This document shows, in pieces, positions 9,901 to 23,233 of a DNA stretch of 64,000 bases (position 1 is its first letter; every line of letters starts with the position of its first letter). This DNA is from Crocinitomicaceae bacterium (GTDB lineage: Bacteria; Bacteroidota; Bacteroidia; Flavobacteriales_D; Crocinitomicaceae): NCBI GenBank assembly GCA_034680045.1, contig JAXITO010000003.1, positions 37,411-101,410 on the forward strand. The letters run 5' to 3'. The position numbers and the translations under genes are program-made. Below the pieces are notes generated by a model, which worked only from the letters and a program-made list of their open reading frames with translations, searched no databases and was not told where the DNA came from.

Positions 9901-10753
9901 TGACACCGAAACCAACCAATTGATTTCACGTGTTATCCACAACTTTAATATCAAAGCCAACGATTTACTCGGTATCTACAAACGCAAAAAATTCCATATT
10001 TCTGTCGGAGACGAACTCCCTGCCGGAATTGTGAAATTAGCGAAGGTATATGTTGCCAAAAAACGCAAGTTGAAAGTTGGTGACAAGATGGCGGGTCGTC
10101 ACGGTAACAAAGGTATTGTGGCCAACATCGTTCGTCAAGAAGATATGCCATTCCTAGAAGACGGCACTCCTGTTGACATCGTTCTCAATCCACTAGGGGT
10201 ACCATCTCGTATGAACCTTGGTCAGATTTACGAAACAGTTCTTGCTTGGGCTGGTGAAAAACTAGGTGTTAAGTTTGCTACGCCAATTTTTGATGGTGCT
10301 AAACCAGAAGAAATCAACGAATGGACAGACAAAGCAGGCGTTCCACGTTCAGGTAAAACTTACCTCTACGACGGCGGAACCGGCGAGCGTTTCCACCAAC
10401 CTGCAACAGTTGGTATCATCTACATGTTGAAACTTTCTCACATGGTAGACGACAAAATGCACGCGCGTTCTATCGGTCCATACTCTCTTATTACCCAACA
10501 ACCATTGGGTGGTAAAGCACAGTTTGGTGGTCAGCGTTTTGGTGAGATGGAAGTTTGGGCATTGGAAGCATTTGGTGCTGCCAATATCCTACAGGAAATC
10601 CTTACCGTGAAATCCGATGACGTCATGGGCCGTGCTAAAGCTTATGAATCTATTGTAAAAGGCGACAACATTCCAGAACCAGGTATTCCTGAGTCCTTCA
10701 ATGTATTGTTACACGAATTACGTGGCTTGTGCCTTAACGTATCAATGGATTAA
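6944..10753 (+). CDS. rpoB: DNA-directed RNA polymerase subunit beta
   Basis: 1269 aa with full-length RpoB similarity. The only start-like codon between the in-frame stop (6929-6931) and the conserved RINFAS motif is the TTG at 6944. Confidence 0.98.
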   Translation: MATTTNSTRINFASSKNQFEYPDFLEIQLKSFQEFFQLETTPENRDSEGLFKVFAENFPITDTRNQFVLEFLDYFIDPPRYTIEECIERGLTYSVPLKAKLKLYCTDPEHEDFETIVQDVYLGTIPYMTPKGSFVVNGAERVIVSQLHRSPGVFFGQSRHANGTKLYSARIIPFKGSWIEFATDINNIMYAYIDRKKKLPVTTLFRAIGYETDRDILDIFGLADEVKVSKTNLKKLIGRRLAARVLKTWIEDFVDEDTGEVVSIERNEVILDRELLIGEEHLDAIMDSGAKSLILHKEDGNSTDYTIIYNTLQKDTSNSEKEAVEHIYRQLRNADPPDYETAKGVFEKLFFSDARYDLGEVGRYRINKKLNLESTEESRVLTKNDIISIIKYLIELINSKADIDDIDHLSNRRVRTVGEQLYAQFGVGLARMARTIRERMNVRDNEVFTPIDLINAKTLSSVINSFFGTNQLSQFMDQTNPLSEVTHKRRLSALGPGGLSRERAGFEVRDVHYTHYGRLCTIETPEGPNIGLISSLCVFAKVNKLGFIETPYRRVDNGRVVFEESPIYLAAEEEDSKTIAQANAKIDDKGNFLSDLVKARYEGDFPVVAPGDLSLMDVGANQIASIAASSIPFLEHDDANRALMGSNMQRQAVPLLRPNAPIVGTGIEQLVARDSRVLINAEGFGTVEYVDANEIVIRYDWNDQDKLVSFDSEVTRYSLTKFMKTNQSTCINLKPIVQKGDRVEKGQVLCEGYATQSGELALGQNLKVAFMPWKGYNFEDAIVISEKVVRNDIFTSIHIDEYSLEVRDTKRGMEELTSDIPNVSEEATKDLDENGLIRIGAEIKEGDILIGKITPKGETDPSPEEKLLRAIFGDKAGDVKDASLKAGPSLRGVVIEKKLFSRAVKDRKSKSQDKPVLEALDADYQRDFAALRDKLVDKLLLILGEQKSAGVFNNFKEELIKKGTKFSNKALSALDYSIVNPLNWTADTETNQLISRVIHNFNIKANDLLGIYKRKKFHISVGDELPAGIVKLAKVYVAKKRKLKVGDKMAGRHGNKGIVANIVRQEDMPFLEDGTPVDIVLNPLGVPSRMNLGQIYETVLAWAGEKLGVKFATPIFDGAKPEEINEWTDKAGVPRSGKTYLYDGGTGERFHQPATVGIIYMLKLSHMVDDKMHARSIGPYSLITQQPLGGKAQFGGQRFGEMEVWALEAFGAANILQEILTVKSDDVMGRAKAYESIVKGDNIPEPGIPESFNVLLHELRGLCLNVSMD

Positions 10754-10785
10754 TTCAAAATACTAACGTAAATAGTCGAGATCAA

Positions 10786-15084
<4,299 letters not shown>

Positions 15085-15104
15085 GCCAAATGATTTATAA
15101 GTTT

Positions 15105-15135
15105 AAAAGGCGGTCTGCAAAGACCGCCTTTTTTT
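15105..15135. terminator. Bidirectional intrinsic terminator shared by rpoC and recG
   Basis: AAAA-GGCGGTCT-GCAA-AGACCGCC-TTTTTTT. The recG stop codon lies within the T-run. Confidence 0.8.
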
Positions 15136-17230
15136 ATGAGATTCTTCCCCAGTTGGGTTTGTTCTTCAACACTTCTCGCAATGCCTGATTCAGTAAGGCG
15201 TTTTCGGGCGCAACCAGTTGGGCATCAGTTGCAAGAATTGCGCGTGCTTTTTCGCGTGCCAACTGAACTAATTGACCATCTTTTGCTAAATCGGCAATTT
15301 TGAGGGCGAGTGCGCCGCTTTGTTGGGTTCCCATGAGGTCGCCAGGGCCTCGCAATTGCAAGTCTACTTCTGCGAGAACGAAGCCATCATTACTGGCCAC
15401 CATCGTATCCATTCGCTTTTGTGCTTCTTTGGAAATGCCGTCACCGGTCATTAAAATACAATAGGATTTTTCGGCGCCACGGCCCACGCGTCCGCGCAAT
15501 TGGTGCAATTGGGAGAGGCCAAAACGCTCTGCACTTTCAATGACCATAACCGATGCGTTCGGGACATTTACCCCCACTTCAATCACAGTAGTGGCAACCA
15601 TAATATGCTTTTGGCCCTGCACAAATTCTTGCATGGCTGCTTCTTTGTCAGCAGGTTTCATTTTGCCATGTACCATACTGATTTGATAACCTAAGGGCTT
15701 GAAGAACTCCTCAATTTGAGCATAACCATCCTCTAAATTTTTAAAGTCAAGTTTTTCAGATTCTTGGATCAGTGGATAGACAATATAGGCCTGCCTACCC
15801 AATTGCAGTTGTTCATGGATAAACGTCAGGAGTTTGTCGCGGTGGTTTTCGCGGCGGTGAATCGTATGAATAGGCTTTCTTCCGGGTGGCAATTCATCAA
15901 TTACAGAAACATCAAGATCGCCGTAAAAGGTCATGGCGAGGGTTCTCGGGATGGGTGTGGCAGTCATGATCAGGACATGTGGAGGCGTTGTGTTTTTACG
16001 CCACATTTTCGCGCGTTGAGCTACTCCAAATCGATGTTGTTCATCGATGACAACCAAACCTAGATTTTTAAATTGAACGGTGTCTTCTAGCAAGGCATGG
16101 GTGCCAATAAGTAAGTCAATTTCGCCAGATAACAAGCCTTCATGAATTCTAGTGCGTTCTGCTTTTTTAGTTGACCCTGTAAGAAGGGCAACTTTGATAT
16201 CCATATCTCTGAGTAGTTCTGAAATACCAATAAAATGTTGGTTGGCTAAGATCTCGGTAGGTGCCATAAGCGCTCCTTGAAGCTCGTTTCCTTTGGCTAA
16301 TAGCAGGCAAAGCAAGGCAACGAGTGTTTTGCCACTGCCAACATCACCTTGAAGTAAGCGGTTCATGTGCGTGCCTTCACCTAGGTCTTTTCTGATTTCT
16401 TTTAAAACCCTTTTTTGTGCGCCCGTTAGTTCAAAAGGTAGATGGTGCTCATAAAAATCCATAAAAGCGTCACCAACTTCTTTGATCGGGTATCCCTTCA
16501 GTTTTTGGCTGCGCACCCCTTTGCGCAATAATAATTCGAGTTGTAAAAAGAATAATTCTTCCCACTTGAGTCGATACCGAGCTGCTTTGATAAGGGTTTC
16601 TGAACTCGGCTGATGAATTTCTCGGAGTGCCTTGATGCGCGGCAGCAAGTTGAGTTCCGTACAAATTAGAGGTGGGAGTGTTTCAGGAATTTGATTGGCG
16701 AGTTGTTCAAATAGATTGCCAACGAGTTTACTTAATCCTTTGCTGTGCAATCCTATGTGTTGGCATTTTTCAGTACTAGGGTAAAAAGCTTCAAAACCTT
16801 TTCGTTCCAATCCGGGTACAACTTTGAGCAATTCAGGATGCGGAATATTCCAGTTATTTTGGAAAAACTTGGGCTTGCCAAAAACAATATATTCGTCTTG
16901 GACATTGAGGTTTCCCTTGATCCACTGAAAACCCTGAAACCAAACTAGGTCGATGGTTCCTGAGCCATCGCTGAAACGCCCAAGAAGTTTTTTTTGTCGG
17001 CCGCTGCCTATTTCACTAATGTGGGTCAGACGACCTTTAAGTTGGACGTATTGATCTTCGGCATTGATGAGCGCAATGTCATGGAAAGCACTACGGTCTT
17101 GGTAGCGGTAAGGGAAATGATAGAGTAAATCTTGGAACGTATAAATTCCGAGTTCGTCTTGAAGTACTTGCGCTTTTTGGGGCCCAACTCCTTTTAAATA
17201 GGCAATAGGCGTTGCGAGTAGCGCGTTCAT
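15134..17230 (-). CDS. recG: ATP-dependent DNA helicase RecG
   Basis: 698 aa. Walker A GDVGSGKT, DEQHRFG box, and a wedge-domain N-terminus. Confidence 0.95.
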   Translation of the reverse strand: MNALLATPIAYLKGVGPQKAQVLQDELGIYTFQDLLYHFPYRYQDRSAFHDIALINAEDQYVQLKGRLTHISEIGSGRQKKLLGRFSDGSGTIDLVWFQGFQWIKGNLNVQDEYIVFGKPKFFQNNWNIPHPELLKVVPGLERKGFEAFYPSTEKCQHIGLHSKGLSKLVGNLFEQLANQIPETLPPLICTELNLLPRIKALREIHQPSSETLIKAARYRLKWEELFFLQLELLLRKGVRSQKLKGYPIKEVGDAFMDFYEHHLPFELTGAQKRVLKEIRKDLGEGTHMNRLLQGDVGSGKTLVALLCLLLAKGNELQGALMAPTEILANQHFIGISELLRDMDIKVALLTGSTKKAERTRIHEGLLSGEIDLLIGTHALLEDTVQFKNLGLVVIDEQHRFGVAQRAKMWRKNTTPPHVLIMTATPIPRTLAMTFYGDLDVSVIDELPPGRKPIHTIHRRENHRDKLLTFIHEQLQLGRQAYIVYPLIQESEKLDFKNLEDGYAQIEEFFKPLGYQISMVHGKMKPADKEAAMQEFVQGQKHIMVATTVIEVGVNVPNASVMVIESAERFGLSQLHQLRGRVGRGAEKSYCILMTGDGISKEAQKRMDTMVASNDGFVLAEVDLQLRGPGDLMGTQQSGALALKIADLAKDGQLVQLAREKARAILATDAQLVAPENALLNQALREVLKNKPNWGRIS

Positions 17231-17239
17231 AGTTAGGGT

Positions 17240-18196
17240 TTATTTCCAGAAGCCCATTTGGTTGAACTTTTCGATGCGTTCGTCGATGCGTTCGTCCGGA
17301 TTTTTGGCATCTAGTTCTTTCAAGTAACCGTGTAGTTTTTCACGGAGTATACTGAACATTTCGTCTTGAGCTCTATGTGCACCATTACTCGGTTCGGAAA
17401 TGACGTCGTCCACAAGGCCATTTTGTTTCATGTCTGTGGAAGTAAGTTTGAGCGCAGAGGCAGCGATTTCTTTGTAATTCCAGGAGCGCCATAAAATGGA
17501 GGAGCAACTTTCTGGTGAAATGACAGAATACCATGTATTCTCGAGCATGACTACTTTGTCTCCGACGCCTATGCCGAGTGCGCCACCCGAAGCTCCTTCG
17601 CCGATGATCACACAAATGACAGGTACTTTCAAGCGCATCATTTCGTAAATGTTGCGCGCAATGGCTTCTCCTTGACCGCGTTCTTCCGCCTCAAGACCTG
17701 GAAATGCTCCGGGTGTATCGATGAAAGTAACAATAGGCTTGTTGAATTTCTCTGCTAATTTCATGAGGCGCAAAGCCTTGCGGTAGCCTTCAGGATTTGG
17801 CATACCGAAGTTGCGGTATTGACGCATTTTGGTATTAATGCCTTTTTGTTGACCTATGAACATTACGCTGCGGCCGTCTAGGAGTCCGAAACCACCCACC
17901 ATTGCTTTGTCGTCTTTAACGTTGCGGTCACCATGGAGTTCTTGGAACTGGCCATTGGTAAGCGCATTGATGTAAGCTAAGGTGTAAGGTCTGTCCGGAT
18001 GGCGCGAGAGTTGCACGCGTTGCCAAGGGGTGAGGTTGGCAAATACTTCTTTGGTTTTGGCTGCAAGTACCTCTTCAAGTTCTGAGATTTTATCTTGCAT
18101 GTCTACGTCTGTCTGAGTAGCAAGCGTACGCGTTTGTTCGATTTGTTCTTCTAGTTCGCGTAGCGGTTCTTCAAAATCCAAATAGGTAGTGCTCAT
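17240..18196 (-). CDS. accA: Acetyl-CoA carboxylase carboxyltransferase subunit alpha
   Basis: [15 protein letters not shown] start and the IDTPGAFPG motif. I moved the start to the ATG at 18196, because a -7 box lies inside the longer ORF. Confidence 0.93.
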   Translation of the reverse strand: MSTTYLDFEEPLRELEEQIEQTRTLATQTDVDMQDKISELEEVLAAKTKEVFANLTPWQRVQLSRHPDRPYTLAYINALTNGQFQELHGDRNVKDDKAMVGGFGLLDGRSVMFIGQQKGINTKMRQYRNFGMPNPEGYRKALRLMKLAEKFNKPIVTFIDTPGAFPGLEAEERGQGEAIARNIYEMMRLKVPVICVIIGEGASGGALGIGVGDKVVMLENTWYSVISPESCSSILWRSWNYKEIAASALKLTSTDMKQNGLVDDVISEPSNGAHRAQDEMFSILREKLHGYLKELDAKNPDERIDERIEKFNQMGFWK

Positions 18197-18216
18197 AATT
18201 TTCTTGTTTCGTGCAA

Positions 18217-18224
18217 CAAAAATA
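18217..18224 (-). promoter_or_regulatory. Candidate -7 promoter box (TATTTTTG) for accA
   Basis: The minus strand reads TATTTTTG, 20 nt upstream of the ATG at 18196. Confidence 0.4.
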
Positions 18225-18255
18225 AGGATTTTCACCAATTGCTTATCTTTACAAC

Positions 18256-19062
18256 ATGATCTTGTATCCTCCTGCAAAAATCAACCTCGGTTTACACATC
18301 CTCGCCAAGCGCCCTGACGGCTATCACGAGATAGAAACCATCATGGCTGCAATTCCTTTTTGCGACATTTTAGAAATCACGGTTGCCGATGAAGATGCTT
18401 TTATTCAAACGGGCATTGAGGTGCCTTCGGATGGTCAACCCAACTTGTGTCAAAGAGCAGTAACCCTTTTGCGCCACAAGCAAGATTTCCCTAATGTGCG
18501 CATTCATTTGCGCAAACAAATCCCAGTGGGTGCAGGGCTCGGCGGTGGTTCGGCAGATGCCAGCTACACGCTTTCAGGTCTTAATGAACTTTTTAACTTG
18601 GGTTATTCCGAAAATGAGCTCGAAAATTTTGCTGCGCACTTGGGCAGTGATTGTCCTTTCTTCATCAAAGGTGGCTTGCAATTGGCCAAGGGAAGGGGTG
18701 AGCGCTTACAACCATTGCTGCCAATAGGTAGAGCAGTCCAATTGGTGCTTTGCAATCCGCAGATACATGTTTCAACTGCTCAAGCTTATGGCGGCGTTAA
18801 GCCCAATAATTCAAGGCCAACGATAGAAAACCTGAGTAAAATAGGTCTTGATCAACTTCAAAATGATTTTGAAGAAAGTGTTTTTGAGGTCTTGCCGCAA
18901 ATAGGCCACCTGAAAAAGGAATTACTGAAATCAGGTGCGTTTTACGCCGCCATGTCAGGGAGTGGCTCTTCAGTCTATGGTCTGTTTGAAGCAGATTACA
19001 AAATAATTCTTTCTGAGCAGCTTGAGCGTTACGTAATATACGTTGGTGAGTGGTCGTTTTAG
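18256..19062 (+). CDS. ispE: 4-diphosphocytidyl-2-C-methyl-D-erythritol kinase
   Basis: [11 protein letters not shown]-terminus and the GHMP kinase motif [13 protein letters not shown]. Confidence 0.93.
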   Translation: MILYPPAKINLGLHILAKRPDGYHEIETIMAAIPFCDILEITVADEDAFIQTGIEVPSDGQPNLCQRAVTLLRHKQDFPNVRIHLRKQIPVGAGLGGGSADASYTLSGLNELFNLGYSENELENFAAHLGSDCPFFIKGGLQLAKGRGERLQPLLPIGRAVQLVLCNPQIHVSTAQAYGGVKPNNSRPTIENLSKIGLDQLQNDFEESVFEVLPQIGHLKKELLKSGAFYAAMSGSGSSVYGLFEADYKIILSEQLERYVIYVGEWSF

Positions 19063-19148
19063 GCCTCTTCTTACCCATTTAACTCAAATACTTTTCAAGT
19101 ATCGGCTTTAAATTAATATCGAATTTACTTGAATTAGAAATATTTTTA

Positions 19149-19156
19149 TATTTTTG
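19149..19156 (+). promoter_or_regulatory. Candidate -7 promoter box (TATTTTTG) for the first PUL gene
   Basis: Matches TAnnTTTG, 50 nt upstream of the ATG at 19206. Confidence 0.4.
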
Positions 19157-19160
19157 AACT

Positions 19161-19173
19161 TGTCAAATTGACA
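19161..19173. promoter_or_regulatory. Palindrome TGTCA-AAT-TGACA (candidate operator)
   Basis: Perfect 5+5 inverted repeat (6+6 with a 1-nt centre), 4 nt downstream of the -7 box. The same TGTCA-N3-TGACA architecture recurs upstream of susC. Confidence 0.4.
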
Positions 19174-19205
19174 CTAAGTATTATTAACCTATTAATTTTT
19201 TAACT

Positions 19206-20357
19206 ATGAAGAAAATTTTTACACTTTCTTTGCTCGCTATGGTGAGCTTTTTCTCCAATGCCCAGGTTATGGGTATTTGTGGTGCCTTTACAGGATGGGG
19301 TTCTACTCCAGGAACTGATATTGTCATGACTTCCGCTGATGGTATTCAGTGGAATGCCTCAGCTGTAACAATTACCGTTGATGGTGGTTTAAAGTTCCGT
19401 TTGGACGAGTTGTGGGATTCAAATTGGGGTCATGACGGTACGGCTGGTTTTCCTTCGGGCACAGCTGTTGCTGGTGGCTTTGGTAATGATATCCCGGGAG
19501 TTGCTGGAACTTATGATGTTTCTTTTAACACATCAACATTGGCATATGAATTTACAGCAGTTTCGTCTGGTTACGATAATGTAGGCTTTAATGGAGGTTT
19601 TAACTCCTTTGGTGCACCAGTTGAAATGATCACTGCGAATGGAATTCAATATGGCAAATCTGATTACTATTTTAACGCCAATGGTGTAAAGTTTGTTAAC
19701 TCTACTACTAACGAAACATTCGGAGGAACTATGTTCCCGATGGGGGGCGCTGTTCTTAATGGTTCTGAAATTCCATTAACATCGGGTTACTATAATGTTG
19801 GTTTTGATAAAGCAATCCCTGGTTATGCTTTTCAGCAATCATTTGTCGGAATAATTGGAAGTGCGATTCCAAATACTGGTTGGGACACTTGTGTTACAAT
19901 GACTTCAATCGATGGTGGTGTGACAAATACATTGTTAGGTTTCACTATTAATGACGGCGCAGTTAAATTCAGAGTTAATGGAACTTGGACTACTGCTTGG
20001 GGTGGAACTGACTTTCCTAGTGGCACAGCGTCTTCTTCAGCAGGAGACTTGCCTGTTGCTGCTGGAACTTATAACATTACATTCAATCGTTTGACTGGTG
20101 AATACGATTTTGCGGTTGCAAGTATTCAAGAAAATATTGCAGTAAAAGTAACTGTTGCGCCAAACCCAGCAAAAGAGGTTGTAACTTTTAATGTTGATGC
20201 AGCTGATTTCAATATTTCAATAATTGATTTAAGTGGTAAAATTGTTTCCACTTCAACTACATCTGAAATGAATATTTCTAACTTAAACAATGGTCTTTAC
20301 ACATACATAGTAAAAACTTCAAATGGAGTTGCTACTGGTAAATTGATCAAACAATAA
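19206..20357 (+). CDS. Secreted SusE/SusF-like glycan-binding protein: three tandem modules of ~95 aa plus a T9SS C-terminal sorting domain
   Basis: Signal peptide MKKIFTLSLLAMVSFFSNAQ. Modules 1 and 3 share the pattern GWG/GWD..VxMTS.DG....G.KFR....W...WG...FPSGTA...GD.P..AGTY...FN....Y.F, and module 2 is degenerate. The C-terminus VTVAPNPAKEVVTF...LNNGLYTYIVKT is a Por/T9SS tail. Confidence 0.6.
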   Translation: MKKIFTLSLLAMVSFFSNAQVMGICGAFTGWGSTPGTDIVMTSADGIQWNASAVTITVDGGLKFRLDELWDSNWGHDGTAGFPSGTAVAGGFGNDIPGVAGTYDVSFNTSTLAYEFTAVSSGYDNVGFNGGFNSFGAPVEMITANGIQYGKSDYYFNANGVKFVNSTTNETFGGTMFPMGGAVLNGSEIPLTSGYYNVGFDKAIPGYAFQQSFVGIIGSAIPNTGWDTCVTMTSIDGGVTNTLLGFTINDGAVKFRVNGTWTTAWGGTDFPSGTASSSAGDLPVAAGTYNITFNRLTGEYDFAVASIQENIAVKVTVAPNPAKEVVTFNVDAADFNISIIDLSGKIVSTSTTSEMNISNLNNGLYTYIVKTSNGVATGKLIKQ

Positions 20358-20380
20358 GCCAAAAACAATATTTTTAAGAA

Positions 20381-20408
20381 GCCTGGGTGTTTGCACCCGG
20401 GCTTTTTT
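20381..20408 (+). terminator. Hairpin plus T-run after the binding-protein gene
   Basis: GCCTGGGTG-TTTG-CACCCGGGC (one G-T pair) followed by TTTTTT. No clear TAnnTTTG box lies before the next gene, so partial read-through is likely. Confidence 0.6.
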
Positions 20409-20444
20409 AGTCTTTACTTGAACCTTTTTATAAAATTCTTTGTG

Positions 20445-23228
20445 ATGAAAAAGCAACTTTTTTTATTCTTTTCTTTCCTATCAAGCGTCACTTTTTTACA
20501 AGCGCAAGTCTTAGAATTGAATCTGGCTTTTCCGACGGTGAACGATGTTGTAACCATCACCTATGATGCCACACAAGGAAATGCTGCGTTGGTTGGTCAA
20601 TCACAAATTTATTGTCATGCCGGGCTCATCACTTCTGCCAGCACTTCGCCTACCAACTGGCAATTTGTTCAAGGAAACTGGGGAGTAGCTGATCCAGAAG
20701 TAGCCATGACCAATATTGGCAACAATAAACACACTATTACAATAGACATCGATCAATTTTATGGTTTCCCTGTCGGAACAAATGTTTTGAAATTTGCATT
20801 TGTTTTCAGAACTGCAAACGGTAGTTTGGTCGGTAGATCTGCAGATGGTAGCGACATCTATTATGACATCTATCCCGTCAATGCGGGTTTACTTGCCAGT
20901 TTCTTTCACCCGACGGCTGGTACAATTTTAGATATCAATGAACAACTTGCCATTGATGCTGCGGCTAACCAGCCTTCAACACTAACGTTAAAAGAAGACG
21001 GCGTTGTTTTGCAAACGTTGAGCAATGCGACCCAACTCAATTACAACCTTACGGCCACAAGTGCCGGAACACATCTTTTAGAATTCATTGCCGACAACGG
21101 CACAACACAAATCATCGATACTGCATATTACACCGTGAACCCTATTGTGGTTCCTCAAAACCCTCCTTATAGCAATTTGCAAAACGGAATCAACTACATC
21201 AACGATACAACTGTCGTTTTGCAATTACATGCTCCTCAGAAAGAACATATTTATGTCATTGGAGATTTCAATTCTTGGACACCAACGACGAACTATCATA
21301 TGAACCTCTCCACCAACAATACTACTTGGTGGTTGGAAATAACTGGCCTCACGGCTGGTCAAAAATACGGGTATCAATACCTCATCGACGGCAATATGCG
21401 TTTTGCCGACCCACTGAGCACGCTCATTTTGGATCCAAATAACGACAACAACATAGGCGCTGCAACCAATCCTACACCGCATCCATATCCAACTGGTCAA
21501 ACAACAGGTTTTGTCACTGTTATGCAACCAGGTGCAACACCTTATAACTGGGTGGTTCCAAACTATGCTGCTCCAGCGAATAAAGATTTAGTAATTTATG
21601 AATTGTTGGTTCGTGACTTCGTCGCTAAACACAATTACCAAACACTTATTGACACACTAGATTACCTTAGCAAACTAGGTATCAACGCCATTGAACTCAT
21701 GCCTCCAGGAGAATTTGAAAACAACGAGAGTTGGGGCTACAATCCTTCATTCCACATGGCACTGGACAAATACTATGGCACTCCCGAAAAGTTTAAAGAA
21801 TTTGTAGATTCATGTCATGCACGTGGCATTGCAGTAATTGTCGATATGGTACTTAATCATGCATTTGGTCAAAACCCAATGGTAAACATGTATTGGGATG
21901 CTGCTAATTCCCGCCCAGCAGCAAATAACCCTTGGTTTAACGCTATTTGCCCGCATGAGCCCTATTGCTGGGGTTATGATTTTGACCACACAAGACCTGT
22001 AGTTCAACAATACATCGATCAAGTGAATCGCTATTGGGTAGAAACCTACAACATTGATGGCTTCCGTTTCGACTACACAAAAGGATTTATCAATAATGCC
22101 AACGGCTACAGTATGGAGCGCATCAATTTGCTCAAGCGCATGGCCGACGAAATTTGGGCTTACAAACCAAATACGTATATCATTTTAGAGCATTGGTGCG
22201 ACAACTCCGAGGAAGAGCAACTAGCTGATTACGGCATGATGCTCTGGGGAAATGTAACACATGGATATCAAGAAGCACTGATGGGCTACACCAGCACGAG
22301 TAATATAAGTTCAGGTATTTATACGAACCGAGGCTGGGCTTTGCCGCATTTAGTAAGCTACGCAGAGAGTCACGACGAAGAACGCACCATGTTTAAAGCA
22401 TTAACCTATGGAAATAATACCAATAGTTCTCACAATGCACGTGAATTATACACTGCATTGGGCAGAGCTCAAGCACTAGGCGTCATTTTTCTCACGCAAC
22501 CTGGTCCACGAATGCTCTGGCAATTTCAAGAATTAGGCTATGATATCTCTATAGATGTACCATGTAGGGTATGCAATAAGCCTATTTTGTGGAATTATTA
22601 TACACAAGCAAGAAGAAGACAACTCTATGATGTTTATGCGGCAACGCTTGCCCTTAGAAATGATTACGAAACCTTCCGTTCATTGAATTTTCAATATAGT
22701 CTGACAGGAGCAATTAAGCGCGTCAACATGAATCATAGCAGCATGAATGGTGTCTCTTTGGCTAATTTTGCCGTTACAACTCAAAGTGGCAGTGCTAATT
22801 TTCAGCATGCCGGATGGTGGTATGAGTACTTTAGCGGGGATAGCCTCAATGTAATAACAACAACCGATCCAATTAGTCTTGAACCAGGTGAATTCCGCAT
22901 TTATACAGATGTCAAGTTGGCTCAACCTGAGATTACCGATGCGCCTGTATCTGTAGATGAATTAATGGTGTCTGCATTTGAATTGAAGGTATTCCCTAAC
23001 CCAACAAGCGAAAGTATTAAAATTAGTTTTTCATCCCTTGGAATAGCTCCTTTTGATATCTTACTTTTAAATCAGTCCGGTCAAGTTGTATTGCAACGAA
23101 AAGGCACGAGTAACAATGGCGAAAACCTAATTTCTTTTGATTTAAAAGATTTTCCTGCTGGCGACTACCACTTTTTGGTAAAAGTGGGGAATGCAACTGC
23201 CAATGAAGGCTTTATTAAAATAGAATAA
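20445..23228 (+). CDS. GH13 alpha-amylase-family enzyme with an N-terminal accessory domain, a CBM48/E-set-like module and a T9SS C-terminal sorting domain
   Basis: Start moved to MKKQLFLFFSFLSSVTFLQAQ (signal peptide). GH13 regions: I VDMVLNHA, II GFRFDYTKG, III ILEHW, IV YAESHDE. C-terminal tail FPNPTSESIKISF...GDYHFLVKV. Confidence 0.85.
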   Translation: MKKQLFLFFSFLSSVTFLQAQVLELNLAFPTVNDVVTITYDATQGNAALVGQSQIYCHAGLITSASTSPTNWQFVQGNWGVADPEVAMTNIGNNKHTITIDIDQFYGFPVGTNVLKFAFVFRTANGSLVGRSADGSDIYYDIYPVNAGLLASFFHPTAGTILDINEQLAIDAAANQPSTLTLKEDGVVLQTLSNATQLNYNLTATSAGTHLLEFIADNGTTQIIDTAYYTVNPIVVPQNPPYSNLQNGINYINDTTVVLQLHAPQKEHIYVIGDFNSWTPTTNYHMNLSTNNTTWWLEITGLTAGQKYGYQYLIDGNMRFADPLSTLILDPNNDNNIGAATNPTPHPYPTGQTTGFVTVMQPGATPYNWVVPNYAAPANKDLVIYELLVRDFVAKHNYQTLIDTLDYLSKLGINAIELMPPGEFENNESWGYNPSFHMALDKYYGTPEKFKEFVDSCHARGIAVIVDMVLNHAFGQNPMVNMYWDAANSRPAANNPWFNAICPHEPYCWGYDFDHTRPVVQQYIDQVNRYWVETYNIDGFRFDYTKGFINNANGYSMERINLLKRMADEIWAYKPNTYIILEHWCDNSEEEQLADYGMMLWGNVTHGYQEALMGYTSTSNISSGIYTNRGWALPHLVSYAESHDEERTMFKALTYGNNTNSSHNARELYTALGRAQALGVIFLTQPGPRMLWQFQELGYDISIDVPCRVCNKPILWNYYTQARRRQLYDVYAATLALRNDYETFRSLNFQYSLTGAIKRVNMNHSSMNGVSLANFAVTTQSGSANFQHAGWWYEYFSGDSLNVITTTDPISLEPGEFRIYTDVKLAQPEITDAPVSVDELMVSAFELKVFPNPTSESIKISFSSLGIAPFDILLLNQSGQVVLQRKGTSNNGENLISFDLKDFPAGDYHFLVKVGNATANEGFIKIE

Positions 23229-23233
23229 AGTTC

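Noticed and set aside
19161-19173. Considered whether TTGACA within the palindrome is simply a sigma-70-type -35 hexamer.
   Set aside because: It is not rejected as a caveat, but it is rejected as the main explanation. Bacteroidota primary sigma factors do not use TTGACA/TATAAT. The susC-proximal copy (TGTCAAGATGACA) lacks TTGACA yet keeps the dyad.
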